DNA of 64,000 bases from Nanobdellota archaeon (GTDB taxonomy: Archaea; Nanobdellota; Nanobdellia; Woesearchaeales; UBA11576). The notes under the pieces are model-generated. The model had not been told where the DNA came from, searched no databases, and saw only the letters and a program-made list of their open reading frames with translations. The stretch lies in NCBI GenBank assembly GCA_042576705.1, contig JBHPEY010000004.1, positions 1,393 through 65,392 of the forward strand, in the 5' to 3' direction. Shown piece by piece: positions 26,281 through 37,089 of this stretch. The position numbers were made by a program, and so were the translations under genes. The stretch's first letter is position 1; the number at the start of each line of letters is the position of its first letter.

Positions 26281-29200
26281 ATGCTGGACAGACTGCTAAG
26301 ACAAAGACGCGCAACAGTTGTTTCATTAGTCTTGGTTCTCTTGGTCCTGGTAGGGATGGGCATAGGTGCCTGGTTCATGAGCGATAGGATGGGCAGCGAG
26401 ATAACAGGTTTTGCAGCAATAGGCCCTGATGATACTTGTGGTGGTACAGGATTCTCGATAACAGCAAACACTGATCTGGCCGGGGACATAACAGGCTGTG
26501 ACGGCAGCGATGAACTAGAGTTCAATACTTACGACGACCTCACACTTGACTGCAAAGGCTATAAGATCAGTAGTACAGCAGGAGCGACCCTGGCCATCGA
26601 TACAAACTATAGGGACAACCTGGTGATTAAGAACTGTGTGATTGAAGGCTTCGACACAGGTATATCTGTGCATTCCAGTTCAGAATATATTCTTATTCAC
26701 GGCAATACATTCAATAATAGTAAAGACATAGATATTCCATCAGGTGAAAACGATGTCAGTGTTTACAATAATCATTTCATGGGACAGGAAGTTGACGACG
26801 TTGCATCAGACACCCTTTTCTGTGTGGCTGATGAAGGTAATTTCTACCAGTCATCGCTGACCCCTGAAGCAGGAGACTGCGGTCCCGTCGATATAACCTC
26901 CCCTGACGAGAACACGCAGGGTACGGCATCAGGCTACGAGTTCCGCGGCAACACTTCAATAACCCTGCAATGGAGAGCGCAGGATTCTCCTAAGACAATA
27001 AGCTACTATGCAGACTTCGCCAACGAATCTGCCCCAAGTACCTGGCAGACGATAGGCCCAGGCCCTGTCACAAACACGAACATAGCGTGGGATATAAGTG
27101 ATTTTGTTACGCCAGAGAACTTTACTATCAGGATAACCGCATATGATGGTGCAATCAATGGGACATCAGACAGCATGAGTATAGCCATTGACAATGACAA
27201 TGACCGGGATGGGTATTCTATGATTTCATCCAGGACATCCTCGGATTCCTGGGACTGCAATGACGCGGACAGCACAATCCACCAGCCAAGTTACCGTGAG
27301 AACTCATCGAGCGCAACCATTACAAACGCCTGCTTCAACGGAGTGGATGACGATTGCGATAGCACGACAGGTGGCGGTACAGACTGGACTGATTCCGGCT
27401 GCGGAGGAAGTTTTAGCGTCGGTTCACTGGACGATACCCTTTACACCAACGGCTCTATAGAGGACCTGACTACATCCAAGCTGAACATATCCGGAAACAA
27501 TTACTATGTCCTTGCCAGCAACTCGCAGGGGCAGGTGGAGTATTTCACCCAGACCGATCTCAGCAGCGTAGATCTTGCTTCTGTGTTCACGATAGGACAT
27601 AATACCATAACAGGCAGCAGCACCCAATACAGCGGCAGGTTCAACAAGGCTGCAAAAGTGACGTTCAAGGGGCTTTCAGAATACACAAAGACGCCCATAA
27701 TACTGGTAGATGGACAACCCTGCAACAGCACGGACTGCGCTGACCAGGAGCCGAGTCTCATAGAGACTTTCTCTGGAACATTATCTTTCGATATAGGGCA
27801 TTTTTCGACATTCACCACTACAAACAATAGCAGGATGGTGACATTCACCCACAACGGGGCAGAAGCAGCAGTGCTATCGAGTCAGTATCCCGCACCGCTG
27901 GAGACCTATCACAGGATAAAATTCTTCTCAAACTACTCAAGATATCCGAGCGGGATTCCTGTCAATAACCTGACCCCGAGCGGGAATCCTGAGACATATA
28001 ACAATGGGTCTTGTAACATCACATTGAGACATCCCAATGCATCAGCGATCTCCGGGGCGGATAATGTGGCGATGGACTATGATGATGTCTATGGTGTATA
28101 TGAGTTTGAGTCAGGGGTTTACAATTTCACTGTTCCTTCTGATTTCTATAGCTATGAGATTGATTGTCAGTCTGATGTGTATGAGCCAGTAAGTGCCTCA
28201 GAGACTTTCGGTGTATTTGATACGACCCCGCCGGAAAGGCCCACTCTGTATCCTCAGATACTGCTGCACCCTTCAAACCTGACAAGCGGGTTGAGTACGA
28301 TAGTTTCAGGTTATTTCGGAGAGTCTGACATAGATTATACTGTGATGGTGCTGCACGGCTCGTGGACATACGCCTTCAATGGTTCTCTTGGCTACAGCGA
28401 TACACACTCTGAATACAAAGGAGATGATATAGTCGTGAATTTTGGCGCGACAAAAGGTCAGGACGTCATATTCACCGCATGGAGTGAAACCACTGAAAAT
28501 GCGCTCCTCCAGTTCAGACATGTTGAGTTATCGAACCACAACAGGACGTATTTCAGGAGGTATTACATCACGCGTGCAAACAGGACAGGTGATGACATGC
28601 GGGTGGAGCTGAACGAGACTCTCGAGAGTGATGTTCCTATAGGCCAGTCCATGAGGCTGTATACCCAGCCATATCCTGCAGGTTATTTCTTCGTGAATGT
28701 CTCTTTGTTTTCAGGTGATAACAGAATAACTGTGTGGGGTGATGATCTTACAGGAAATTCAGGTAATTCCTCGACCGATTGGATAAGCGCAGCTTATCTT
28801 GAGACTGCCCCTGCTGCTGCAGAGCTTTGGCCATTGCCTGCTGCAGTGAACGAAAGTTTCCAGCTGATAGGAAAGCTGAATGAGTCGGTAGAGAGTCTTA
28901 ACCTGTCTGTCAATGTTGTGCAGGGAGATTACATAAACACGACATGGGAGGATGTGTTCAGGAGCAGTCAGCTGTCCGCAGAAGCGCCTGTTTCACAGGA
29001 CCGCCCGGTCAATGCAAGTTTCTTCTATATAGACGGGACTTCTGACTACCCGACCATTAACAGCACACTGGTCTGGAGCGACTCATGGGTTGAGTTCTCC
29101 ACCCATGACAGGGCATATTGGATAAGGTATAACGTGACCAGTGCATCGAAGTCCCCTGGCCAGGATGCCAGGGTGTACATAACCCCTGATCTTGAACAGC

Positions 29201-32200
29201 CAATCACAGCAGCCACCACAAGGGCAAGGTTCTATGATGATTCACATCCACAGGGTTGGTTCAACAACACAGTCGATATCAATATGCTCATGAACAGGAC
29301 GAATGAGATATACACTGTGGGTTTCCGTGGTGGGATCGAAGGATACCCGTCTGTTTCTCAATACGTATACAAGGATATGACTCCTCCTGTATTCGATCTG
29401 ACAGGCATCCCGAATTTCTCTAACACAAGGTACTTGACACTGAGGTTCAACCTATCAGATGATTACAAGATCAATTATTCGTCAATACAATATGTGATAC
29501 TTAGTGGGACCAATGGTACTATACCAACCTCATGCAATGACCTGTCAGTGAATCTTTCCCTGCTGGAATGTCAAGGGATTTATAACGTGACCACGAACGG
29601 CACCTATCTGACCTGGTTCTATGCTGAGGACGTGTCAGGATTAGCGACCAACATCTCCAAAAACATCTCTGTCCTGATAACAGAAGTGGACATCACCGCT
29701 GTCCACGACGAGGATGACATAACAAACGATCTCTGGCTGAATTTCAACTGGGATTACACGAACGGAGAGCTGCAGGAGTTCGAATACGCGTTAGGAGATG
29801 AGCCGTATCCGGACACGGATTTTGATTCTGTCAAGGCATGGACCGTGATGTGCAGCGCCGCAGGCAACTGCACACAGGACTGGGTGAATTTCACTCACGA
29901 CAGCAACGAATTAGACCTCAATCTCACAGAGCTGAAGATGAAGACAGGTACTGTCTATTACCTTACTGTCCGTGCAAAGAGCCAGGCCGGAGATTACGGA
30001 GCCATAAAGTCTTCCAATGGCATAATGTTCATAGACCAGACCCCGCCGCAGTTCAAGAACATGACCGACGAGGGCTCCTGGACAAACTCCCTGACCTCAC
30101 TCCAGGCAGACTGGGAATTCGAGGACAATGAGTCTGATATAATCGAGTACATATATTCGATAGGCAACGCGACATATCCTAATTCAGGGTTTGAGAACGC
30201 GCTCACGAGAAAATCTGTTGGTGGGACCCATAATTATGCCTACGAATCAGGCCTCTCGCTCACAGAAGGCCAGAAATACTATTTCAATGTCAAGGCAAGG
30301 AACGGGAACACTCAGATCAACTACAATGGCTCCTGGTCGGGCTGGCAGTCATCTGATGGGATAGTGGTTGATATTACACCTCCCTGGCAGGGAGCGGTCT
30401 CATACACTGGAGGTTATGAGACAACAGGTTATGTGACAATCCAGTACAGCACAGGGAATGATAATGCGTCAGGTCTTGCAGGCGGTATAAACGGCGTGAG
30501 CGGAATAGCTGGTGGCGCCATACTGGCAGGCTCGTCGCCGTTGATAGATGACACCTGTCAGCCTATATCTGATATTGACTTTGTCAACAATACTAACGTC
30601 ACGACTGGCCAGAGCTATACAGAGATAAATGTCACTTCAGGGAACTGTTACGCATTCAGGCTGTTCATCTGGGATAATGCCGGAAACTCAATAACCTATA
30701 AGATGCAGAACGAGACTCTCAGGTATGTCAAGGCAGATCACACGCCGCCATCTGACATAAGCACAATCACTGATGATGGTTTCTTCACATTCGACAGGAA
30801 GCAGCTTCACGCCGCCTGGACCAAAGCATCAGATTCAGGGACAGGCATGTCCCATTACTACTGGCGCATATTCCAGGACAATACAGCAGAGCCTAATGAC
30901 TGTAACATATCATATACCTATATCAATACTTCAGAGAACATAAACTGCTCTCTGTTCATGGACGGCAGCAGCGCAGGCAACGCGACAAATCCGGAGCTGG
31001 CGCTCACAGGTCTTAACCTTACACACAATCATAAGTACTATTTTGCGATAACCCCTTTCGACAGGGCAGGCAACAACGGAACAACCACTTTAAGCGATGG
31101 TATAATCTACATAGACAACGCGCCGCCTGGAGCAGTATCCATATACACAATCAACGAGGACAACGAAAGCTCTTCCCCATACTACACCCAGGACAGGTCA
31201 GGCAAGATAAACATAACAGCTTACGGCGACCTTGATGGTTATGAGGATATCGACAACTGCGTCCTCCTTTCAGAAGATATAGATTATGCAGAAGGAGGAG
31301 GGAGCATAGTCCTTGCGAACTGTACAGAGACAAGAGTGTTGAGCAACAAGTCAGAATTCACTATAGGACTTACAAACCTTTCTCTTATCACTATAACTGA
31401 AGTGTTCTGTGACGCTTCAACCAACAGTTCAGGACAGAGCGCAACCCAAGGCAACTGGAGCTGGCATCTTTCATGCCGTGACGAGCATTGGAATACGCAG
31501 AGCTATTCCCAGAACACGCTTGCATGGTTTGCTGTGGACTGGCCAGAACCACCTCTGATGAGCCTGAGCATGGGGAACATATCCTACGGCACACCAGTAT
31601 ACAGCGACGATGATATCTACTGTGAAGCCACCATATGGGATCCTGATCATTATCCTGGAAGCGCCCTTGACCCGACAAATATCACGATCACATGGAAAAA
31701 GGACGGGCAGGCAATACTTACCCAGTACACCAGCGCATCTGACCCTGAACTGGATGGGGTGTACAACGCATCAGCGATACTTGACTACAGCTACACGCGC
31801 AGAGGTGGCAATATCGCTTGTAATATCAGTGCTGACGATGAGCTGGAACTCACTGGCAGCAATGAGTCTTATGTGACGATAAACAACACTCGACCTTCCA
31901 GGTTAGAGCTGCTGTCTCCTAATGGTGCCACAGTGAAGAACATGACGTATCTTTCATGGATAGGACCCTACGACGATATTGACAGTGATTTCATGACAGT
32001 GGAGATTCAGGTAGACAACGAGAGCGGGTTCAATGCATCCAACAACCCGAGCTTGACTTATGGTTCGCCTGTGAAGTTGACTGTCAACGGCATCGCGGTT
32101 CCAGGCACCCAACGTAACCCTGATATGTATTCAGACATGATTGTCTATGAGGACAATCGTGCAGGCAACTGGGATATCTATCTTTACAGGCTGTCGGATG

Positions 32201-35200
32201 ACCTTGAATCCCAGGTCTCATCCTCTGCAGATGACCAGTCTAATCCGATGATCTACGGGGATTATGTCGTCTATGAGGAAGATATCGGGAGCGGGATGTC
32301 TAAGGTATACCTGTATGATATCAGGTCAGGCACGACTTCTCAGCTTGTCTCTTCGGTAAACAGCACCGGAGTGCATTTCTTTGGGGATTATGTCGCTTAC
32401 AATGACGGTTCAGGATTGAAGTATAAGGACATACTGTCGGGAGATTCAGGTTCTGTTGTGTCTGGGACTGCCGGAGCAAAGAAGATGAAGGTCTATGGCA
32501 AGCACATAGTCTGGATTGAGTCGGATGATGTGGCTTATCTGTATGATATTGTAAGCAATCAGACTGTAAATCTTGGCGGTCCGTATTCTGACACAGAGCT
32601 ATTCGGCTATCTTGTCGCTCTTGAGAACACCACAGGGTCTATCCGCGCGATAGATCTTTTCAACAGGAGCGACGTGGATATATTGGCAGGTTATGATGCA
32701 AGCCTCGAGGGAGCATTGCTTGCGAGAAACGATTCCGGGACGATAAAACTGACTGACTTGCTCAGTGACGTCCTCTATGATGTCTCGATAGGCACGGCAG
32801 GCGCCAACATACGTGTCTATGACAGCCTAATCCTATTTGATGATGGCGCCGATATCTATTACGCTAGACAGAACACGACCCTTCCGTTCAGGTTCGTGCG
32901 TCCGGCCTCTGCGCCGAACATTGCAGCGCATGGTCTGGACACGACAGGATCAATTGACGGGAGGTATTACTGGAGGATAAGAGGCTGTGATAGTTCTTTC
33001 CAGGATAACGCATGCATGTGGGGCACCAACTCGTCAAACAGTTCAGATCCTTCAACGACAGATTATACTACATTGATCATTGATAACACTCCGCCGGGAA
33101 TAACAAGCCTGAGCCCGACAGACGGGTCGATTGTGGCAGGTCAGTTCAGGGTCTATGCGAATATTTCTGATAGCATAAGTGATATCAGCTACGCGAACTA
33201 CAGCATAACCTATTCCAGTGGGGCTGTGCGTGCTTCAGGAGACCTTTCAAAGTCAGGAAGTCTTTGGAACAGCACTCTTCTGGATTTCCTGGATGTCACT
33301 GTCGACAGTTTCACCCTGACCATCTGGGCTAATGATACTATAGGCAACTGGAACAGCGCTGCGATAGACTTCACGGTAAACAGCAACACACCGTGGTTCC
33401 TTTTCGGCGGCAGGGGCGGGACAGAGATAATTGATGGGTCGACAGTGTTCAATGCCAGCATTGACTCTGACTTTATAGCATTCACAGTCAAGGATTCTTC
33501 ATTGAAGATTGTGGGGCCGCTTCCGGCCACCACGACGCGTTTCATCCAGTCAAAAACAGACAGCACTGTCACGAATCACAATTACTCGAATTCCATATCA
33601 GTACTGACCTGGCCCGATGGCACCTACAGGGTCGAGATGACAGGCACGAATCTCGACGGCACGAACAGCGCCAACAGGACATTCTATGTGGACCAGAAGA
33701 ATCCGCAGTGGAGCAGCAACAGGACGTATCCTGCTACGGCATTTGCGGCTGACCTGTTGACATTGTCGATAGACTGGGCGGACACGACCCTGGATGAAGT
33801 CAGGTTCATGCATAATAACACAGACATAACAAACCCGTCAGAGCAGATGCAGATATTTAGCAGTTCAGTATCCGAAGGTCCGATAAACTCATCCGCGATA
33901 GATGTAAGTGCATACATAAACAGGAACTTCTACTGGCGCTCCTGGGCCCTGGATGAGATGGGCAGGACGAACAACACCGCTGATTCAGGGTGGTTTACTG
34001 TATTCATAAACGACGACCCCCCAGATTTTGCAGGGACAATCACTATAGGGTCAGTGGATGAGGACAGCTCTATCACTTCAGGCCTGCCTGCACTCTCATC
34101 ATATTTCACAGACCCGAATGACGGCGGCACATGGGGAGACTTCGATAACCTGACATTCAGCGCGACGTATGATAATTCAAAGCTGAGCATAAGTCTGGAC
34201 CCTGCAACAGGGGCAGTCAACAGCCTGTCAGCGATCAATGACTTCAACGGGGGCACGACAGTCATCTTCAACGCGACTGATTCGTTCGGGAAGATGAATT
34301 ACTCTAACAGTGTCGCCATAACAGTCACGCCTGTCCAGGATGCTCCAAGGTTCTCTGCGATACCGACGGTATACACGACAGAAGACAACACGTCAGTGGT
34401 AAGCTTTGACCTTAGCAGCTACACCGCAGAGCCTGATGGTGACTCGTTCTGGTGGCTATCTCCGATGTATGACAGCACAGTGTTCGACCTGGACGGTTCA
34501 GACACTGCGAACGGCATATTCAACTTCACGCTCAAGGCCGACCAGTTCGGCTTGTACAACATAACATTCAGGGCCTACGATGGGGTGCTTTATGGCTACG
34601 GCAACGCCACAGTGAACATAGCCGGAGTCAACGATGCGCCAGTCATAGGCAACTTCACTTATCCTCCTGCAGGATCCACAAAAGGTGGAATAGTACAGCT
34701 GGCATGGCAGGCTGCAACAGACCAGGTTAATGAACAGCAGACCCTGAACTACGCTGTGGAGTTTTCAACAGACGGTGGGACCTCCTGGACGCTGGTAGCA
34801 GACTACGCCACTCTGGGTTCAGGTCTATATTACAGCTGGGACACGACAACACAGATATCTGGAGAAGAAAGTGTGACTCTAAGGCTCAATGTGACAGACG
34901 GCGTGAGTGTCAGCACACTCACATATCCGATCTTCACCGTAGACAACCTTCCACCGCAGATAACAGTCATAAGGCCGAGGACGACTGACGTGGGAAGCAG
35001 CATCACAACGCAGATAAGCACACTCCAGAATGCAAGCTGCACCTTTAGCATAAACAACACAGGCAGTCCAAGCATCTCAGGCACTTCAGAGACGACCGCG
35101 CATCAGGTCACTGTATCAAATCTCGCTTACAACGTGACATACAACCTGACAGTGAGCTGCACAGACAGCCCTGTCGGCAACTCAAACACGATCTATAAGC

Positions 35201-35577
35201 TCTTCGAACCAAGGGCTCACGCGATGGAGTTCATACAGGCCTACGCCTCGCCTCCATGGGCATACCCTGGCCAGCATGTCAACATCACTCTGGTCATAGC
35301 AGCCAACAACTCCTGGAAGAACATGACGGCGAGCATAAGCCCGACCTCCCAGAGCCTTACGCAGATCAATTTCACGCAGGAAGTGAATGAGTCGAACAAG
35401 TACACGCACCTGACGTCATCGTCGGGCATAGATACGAGCACATTGGGCACGTACAACATGACCATAACTGAATTATGGACTGTCGACGACCAGCAGGTCT
35501 TCCCTGCAGCACCCATACTCATACAGGATATACTAGAGGTCTTTACAGCGGTGAATCAGACCCTGAACATGATATGA
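26281..35577 (+). CDS. giant (3098 aa) N-terminally anchored, sequon-dense surface protein
   Basis: One N-terminal TM (VVSLVLVLLVLVGMGIGAWF). A parallel beta-helix-like stretch (LVIKNCVIEGFDTGISVHSS..IHGNTFNNS). MopE-type Cys/Asp motifs (DNDNDRDGY, DCNDADSTIH, CFNGVDDDCD). Ig/FN3-like repeats with DxTPP linkers. TolB/PD40-like propeller repeats (IVYEDNRAGNWDIYLY, GDYVVYEE, GDYVAYND, KHIVWIE). Cadherin/VCBS-like repeats with VQDAPRF and VNDAPVI. Confidence 0.85.
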   Translation: MLDRLLRQRRATVVSLVLVLLVLVGMGIGAWFMSDRMGSEITGFAAIGPDDTCGGTGFSITANTDLAGDITGCDGSDELEFNTYDDLTLDCKGYKISSTAGATLAIDTNYRDNLVIKNCVIEGFDTGISVHSSSEYILIHGNTFNNSKDIDIPSGENDVSVYNNHFMGQEVDDVASDTLFCVADEGNFYQSSLTPEAGDCGPVDITSPDENTQGTASGYEFRGNTSITLQWRAQDSPKTISYYADFANESAPSTWQTIGPGPVTNTNIAWDISDFVTPENFTIRITAYDGAINGTSDSMSIAIDNDNDRDGYSMISSRTSSDSWDCNDADSTIHQPSYRENSSSATITNACFNGVDDDCDSTTGGGTDWTDSGCGGSFSVGSLDDTLYTNGSIEDLTTSKLNISGNNYYVLASNSQGQVEYFTQTDLSSVDLASVFTIGHNTITGSSTQYSGRFNKAAKVTFKGLSEYTKTPIILVDGQPCNSTDCADQEPSLIETFSGTLSFDIGHFSTFTTTNNSRMVTFTHNGAEAAVLSSQYPAPLETYHRIKFFSNYSRYPSGIPVNNLTPSGNPETYNNGSCNITLRHPNASAISGADNVAMDYDDVYGVYEFESGVYNFTVPSDFYSYEIDCQSDVYEPVSASETFGVFDTTPPERPTLYPQILLHPSNLTSGLSTIVSGYFGESDIDYTVMVLHGSWTYAFNGSLGYSDTHSEYKGDDIVVNFGATKGQDVIFTAWSETTENALLQFRHVELSNHNRTYFRRYYITRANRTGDDMRVELNETLESDVPIGQSMRLYTQPYPAGYFFVNVSLFSGDNRITVWGDDLTGNSGNSSTDWISAAYLETAPAAAELWPLPAAVNESFQLIGKLNESVESLNLSVNVVQGDYINTTWEDVFRSSQLSAEAPVSQDRPVNASFFYIDGTSDYPTINSTLVWSDSWVEFSTHDRAYWIRYNVTSASKSPGQDARVYITPDLEQPITAATTRARFYDDSHPQGWFNNTVDINMLMNRTNEIYTVGFRGGIEGYPSVSQYVYKDMTPPVFDLTGIPNFSNTRYLTLRFNLSDDYKINYSSIQYVILSGTNGTIPTSCNDLSVNLSLLECQGIYNVTTNGTYLTWFYAEDVSGLATNISKNISVLITEVDITAVHDEDDITNDLWLNFNWDYTNGELQEFEYALGDEPYPDTDFDSVKAWTVMCSAAGNCTQDWVNFTHDSNELDLNLTELKMKTGTVYYLTVRAKSQAGDYGAIKSSNGIMFIDQTPPQFKNMTDEGSWTNSLTSLQADWEFEDNESDIIEYIYSIGNATYPNSGFENALTRKSVGGTHNYAYESGLSLTEGQKYYFNVKARNGNTQINYNGSWSGWQSSDGIVVDITPPWQGAVSYTGGYETTGYVTIQYSTGNDNASGLAGGINGVSGIAGGAILAGSSPLIDDTCQPISDIDFVNNTNVTTGQSYTEINVTSGNCYAFRLFIWDNAGNSITYKMQNETLRYVKADHTPPSDISTITDDGFFTFDRKQLHAAWTKASDSGTGMSHYYWRIFQDNTAEPNDCNISYTYINTSENINCSLFMDGSSAGNATNPELALTGLNLTHNHKYYFAITPFDRAGNNGTTTLSDGIIYIDNAPPGAVSIYTINEDNESSSPYYTQDRSGKINITAYGDLDGYEDIDNCVLLSEDIDYAEGGGSIVLANCTETRVLSNKSEFTIGLTNLSLITITEVFCDASTNSSGQSATQGNWSWHLSCRDEHWNTQSYSQNTLAWFAVDWPEPPLMSLSMGNISYGTPVYSDDDIYCEATIWDPDHYPGSALDPTNITITWKKDGQAILTQYTSASDPELDGVYNASAILDYSYTRRGGNIACNISADDELELTGSNESYVTINNTRPSRLELLSPNGATVKNMTYLSWIGPYDDIDSDFMTVEIQVDNESGFNASNNPSLTYGSPVKLTVNGIAVPGTQRNPDMYSDMIVYEDNRAGNWDIYLYRLSDDLESQVSSSADDQSNPMIYGDYVVYEEDIGSGMSKVYLYDIRSGTTSQLVSSVNSTGVHFFGDYVAYNDGSGLKYKDILSGDSGSVVSGTAGAKKMKVYGKHIVWIESDDVAYLYDIVSNQTVNLGGPYSDTELFGYLVALENTTGSIRAIDLFNRSDVDILAGYDASLEGALLARNDSGTIKLTDLLSDVLYDVSIGTAGANIRVYDSLILFDDGADIYYARQNTTLPFRFVRPASAPNIAAHGLDTTGSIDGRYYWRIRGCDSSFQDNACMWGTNSSNSSDPSTTDYTTLIIDNTPPGITSLSPTDGSIVAGQFRVYANISDSISDISYANYSITYSSGAVRASGDLSKSGSLWNSTLLDFLDVTVDSFTLTIWANDTIGNWNSAAIDFTVNSNTPWFLFGGRGGTEIIDGSTVFNASIDSDFIAFTVKDSSLKIVGPLPATTTRFIQSKTDSTVTNHNYSNSISVLTWPDGTYRVEMTGTNLDGTNSANRTFYVDQKNPQWSSNRTYPATAFAADLLTLSIDWADTTLDEVRFMHNNTDITNPSEQMQIFSSSVSEGPINSSAIDVSAYINRNFYWRSWALDEMGRTNNTADSGWFTVFINDDPPDFAGTITIGSVDEDSSITSGLPALSSYFTDPNDGGTWGDFDNLTFSATYDNSKLSISLDPATGAVNSLSAINDFNGGTTVIFNATDSFGKMNYSNSVAITVTPVQDAPRFSAIPTVYTTEDNTSVVSFDLSSYTAEPDGDSFWWLSPMYDSTVFDLDGSDTANGIFNFTLKADQFGLYNITFRAYDGVLYGYGNATVNIAGVNDAPVIGNFTYPPAGSTKGGIVQLAWQAATDQVNEQQTLNYAVEFSTDGGTSWTLVADYATLGSGLYYSWDTTTQISGEESVTLRLNVTDGVSVSTLTYPIFTVDNLPPQITVIRPRTTDVGSSITTQISTLQNASCTFSINNTGSPSISGTSETTAHQVTVSNLAYNVTYNLTVSCTDSPVGNSNTIYKLFEPRAHAMEFIQAYASPPWAYPGQHVNITLVIAANNSWKNMTASISPTSQSLTQINFTQEVNESNKYTHLTSSSGIDTSTLGTYNMTITELWTVDDQQVFPAAPILIQDILEVFTAVNQTLNMI

Positions 35578-37076
35578 AAATGAAGCACAAGAACATGACT
35601 GCAATGCTTGTATTTATCATCATAGCATTAGCATTCGCTTCATCCGCTGCTGCTGAGAACATCACTTACACGTACAAGACAGGTTCAGGCAGTGTAATAA
35701 CCACGAATCACACGCACGACCTGTCACAATTGAACGTCACGCTGCCGAATACGACATGGACCTTGGAGCTCAGTGATACTGATGGTAAGTTCGGTGTATC
35801 GGTGGCAGATATAAACGTGACAGCATATCCTGATCTGGATATACGCGCAGTGCCTGTAGATCTGAACACGCAGACCTACGACGGCAGCGTAGGAAGGACA
35901 AGCGGTTCTTTCAGGTACATCGCAAGATATGCGTATGCATTGAACGTATCCCGGATGTCAAATAAGGCATATACAATCACATTCGACTACTCGAATATTG
36001 TGGGAGTGTCAGATCCAGTGATCTGGAAATGCAACTTCAGTTTCGTGACGAACACGACTAGCACGTCCGAGTGCGCACAGCTGTCTACTTCTGCATCTAA
36101 CAATGTCGCTTCAGCAAGCGCAACAGGATTCTCAGCATTCTTCCTTACAGATGATGAATGCGCGGGAACTTGCGGCGGCATCTGCCCTTCTTGTGGTAGT
36201 TCGCCCGGTAGCAGTGGCGGTGGTGGCGGCGGAGGCGGTGGTGGTGGCCGCGGTCCTACGACAATCTACGTGACTCCGACATCTGAAGGGGCATCTGCAC
36301 AGGTCTATGCAGGAGATACGATCATAATCACATATAAGGATGAGAAATACACCTACAAGGTCGAGTCTGTCGAGTACATGAACGTCGGACTGGAATCCAA
36401 GACGACCTCGCTGGTCACAGAGATTGAGATGGGTGAGTTGAAGGACATGAACATCCCGTCCTTGTTCAATCAGGAAGTGCAGGTATCCATGCACATCTCG
36501 AACAGGTTTGCAGTCCTGACATTCAGGATAAAGGAGAAGAAGCCTTTCTCATTCCCGTTACTTCCGCCAAGACCGCAGGAAGCCACACCGTCGCAGGCAT
36601 CTACACCGACCGGAGCAGCAACACCTATAGAGGTTGTCACACCGACGGCACCTGCTTCTCCCGGCGCAGCTGTTGCTGAAACACCTGAAATTCCTGTTCC
36701 AGAGTCGCCGATAGGCATCTGGACCATAATATTTGCATTGATATTCGTCATGTTCCTAGTGGGTGGCGTGGCCCTTTACAGGGTCAGGCTGCATCGCTTG
36801 GAAAAACCCCCTACTGTAACTAGGACAGGTTTGGAGACAACTGGTTTACCCGAAACTTCTTCCAAAGTCTCCAAGCCTGCTCCTTCAATTAAACCTGTAG
36901 TAGGGCCCAAGCGAGACGTCCACCTTACACAAGAGAAAAAACTCGATTTGGAGAAGTACATCTTCCATGCGTACAGTCTAGGGTTCAAGGAAGATCAGGT
37001 CAGGCAGGCCCTCATTGCCAAGGGTTGGCCTGAGCCTACAGTAAAAAGGGTCATGAAGGAGATCAAGCCCAAGTGA
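35574..37076 (+). CDS. secreted, C-terminally anchored surface protein, hypothetical
   Basis: Start taken at the ATGA overlap with the giant gene (MKMKHKNMTAMLVFIIIALAFASSAAA signal) rather than the track start 35475. Has CAGTCGGICPSCG, a poly-Gly run, a P/T/A linker, a TM helix and a cytoplasmic tail LEKYIFHAYSLGFKEDQVRQALIAKGWPEPTVKRVMKE. Confidence 0.7.
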   Translation: MKMKHKNMTAMLVFIIIALAFASSAAAENITYTYKTGSGSVITTNHTHDLSQLNVTLPNTTWTLELSDTDGKFGVSVADINVTAYPDLDIRAVPVDLNTQTYDGSVGRTSGSFRYIARYAYALNVSRMSNKAYTITFDYSNIVGVSDPVIWKCNFSFVTNTTSTSECAQLSTSASNNVASASATGFSAFFLTDDECAGTCGGICPSCGSSPGSSGGGGGGGGGGGRGPTTIYVTPTSEGASAQVYAGDTIIITYKDEKYTYKVESVEYMNVGLESKTTSLVTEIEMGELKDMNIPSLFNQEVQVSMHISNRFAVLTFRIKEKKPFSFPLLPPRPQEATPSQASTPTGAATPIEVVTPTAPASPGAAVAETPEIPVPESPIGIWTIIFALIFVMFLVGGVALYRVRLHRLEKPPTVTRTGLETTGLPETSSKVSKPAPSIKPVVGPKRDVHLTQEKKLDLEKYIFHAYSLGFKEDQVRQALIAKGWPEPTVKRVMKEIKPK

Positions 37077-37089
37077 TGGTGACATTTCT

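Noticed and set aside
35475-35573. Upstream extension of the 35574..37076 gene
   Set aside because: It lies inside the giant ORF's 3' end. The signal peptide begins at the Met of the ATGA overlap.
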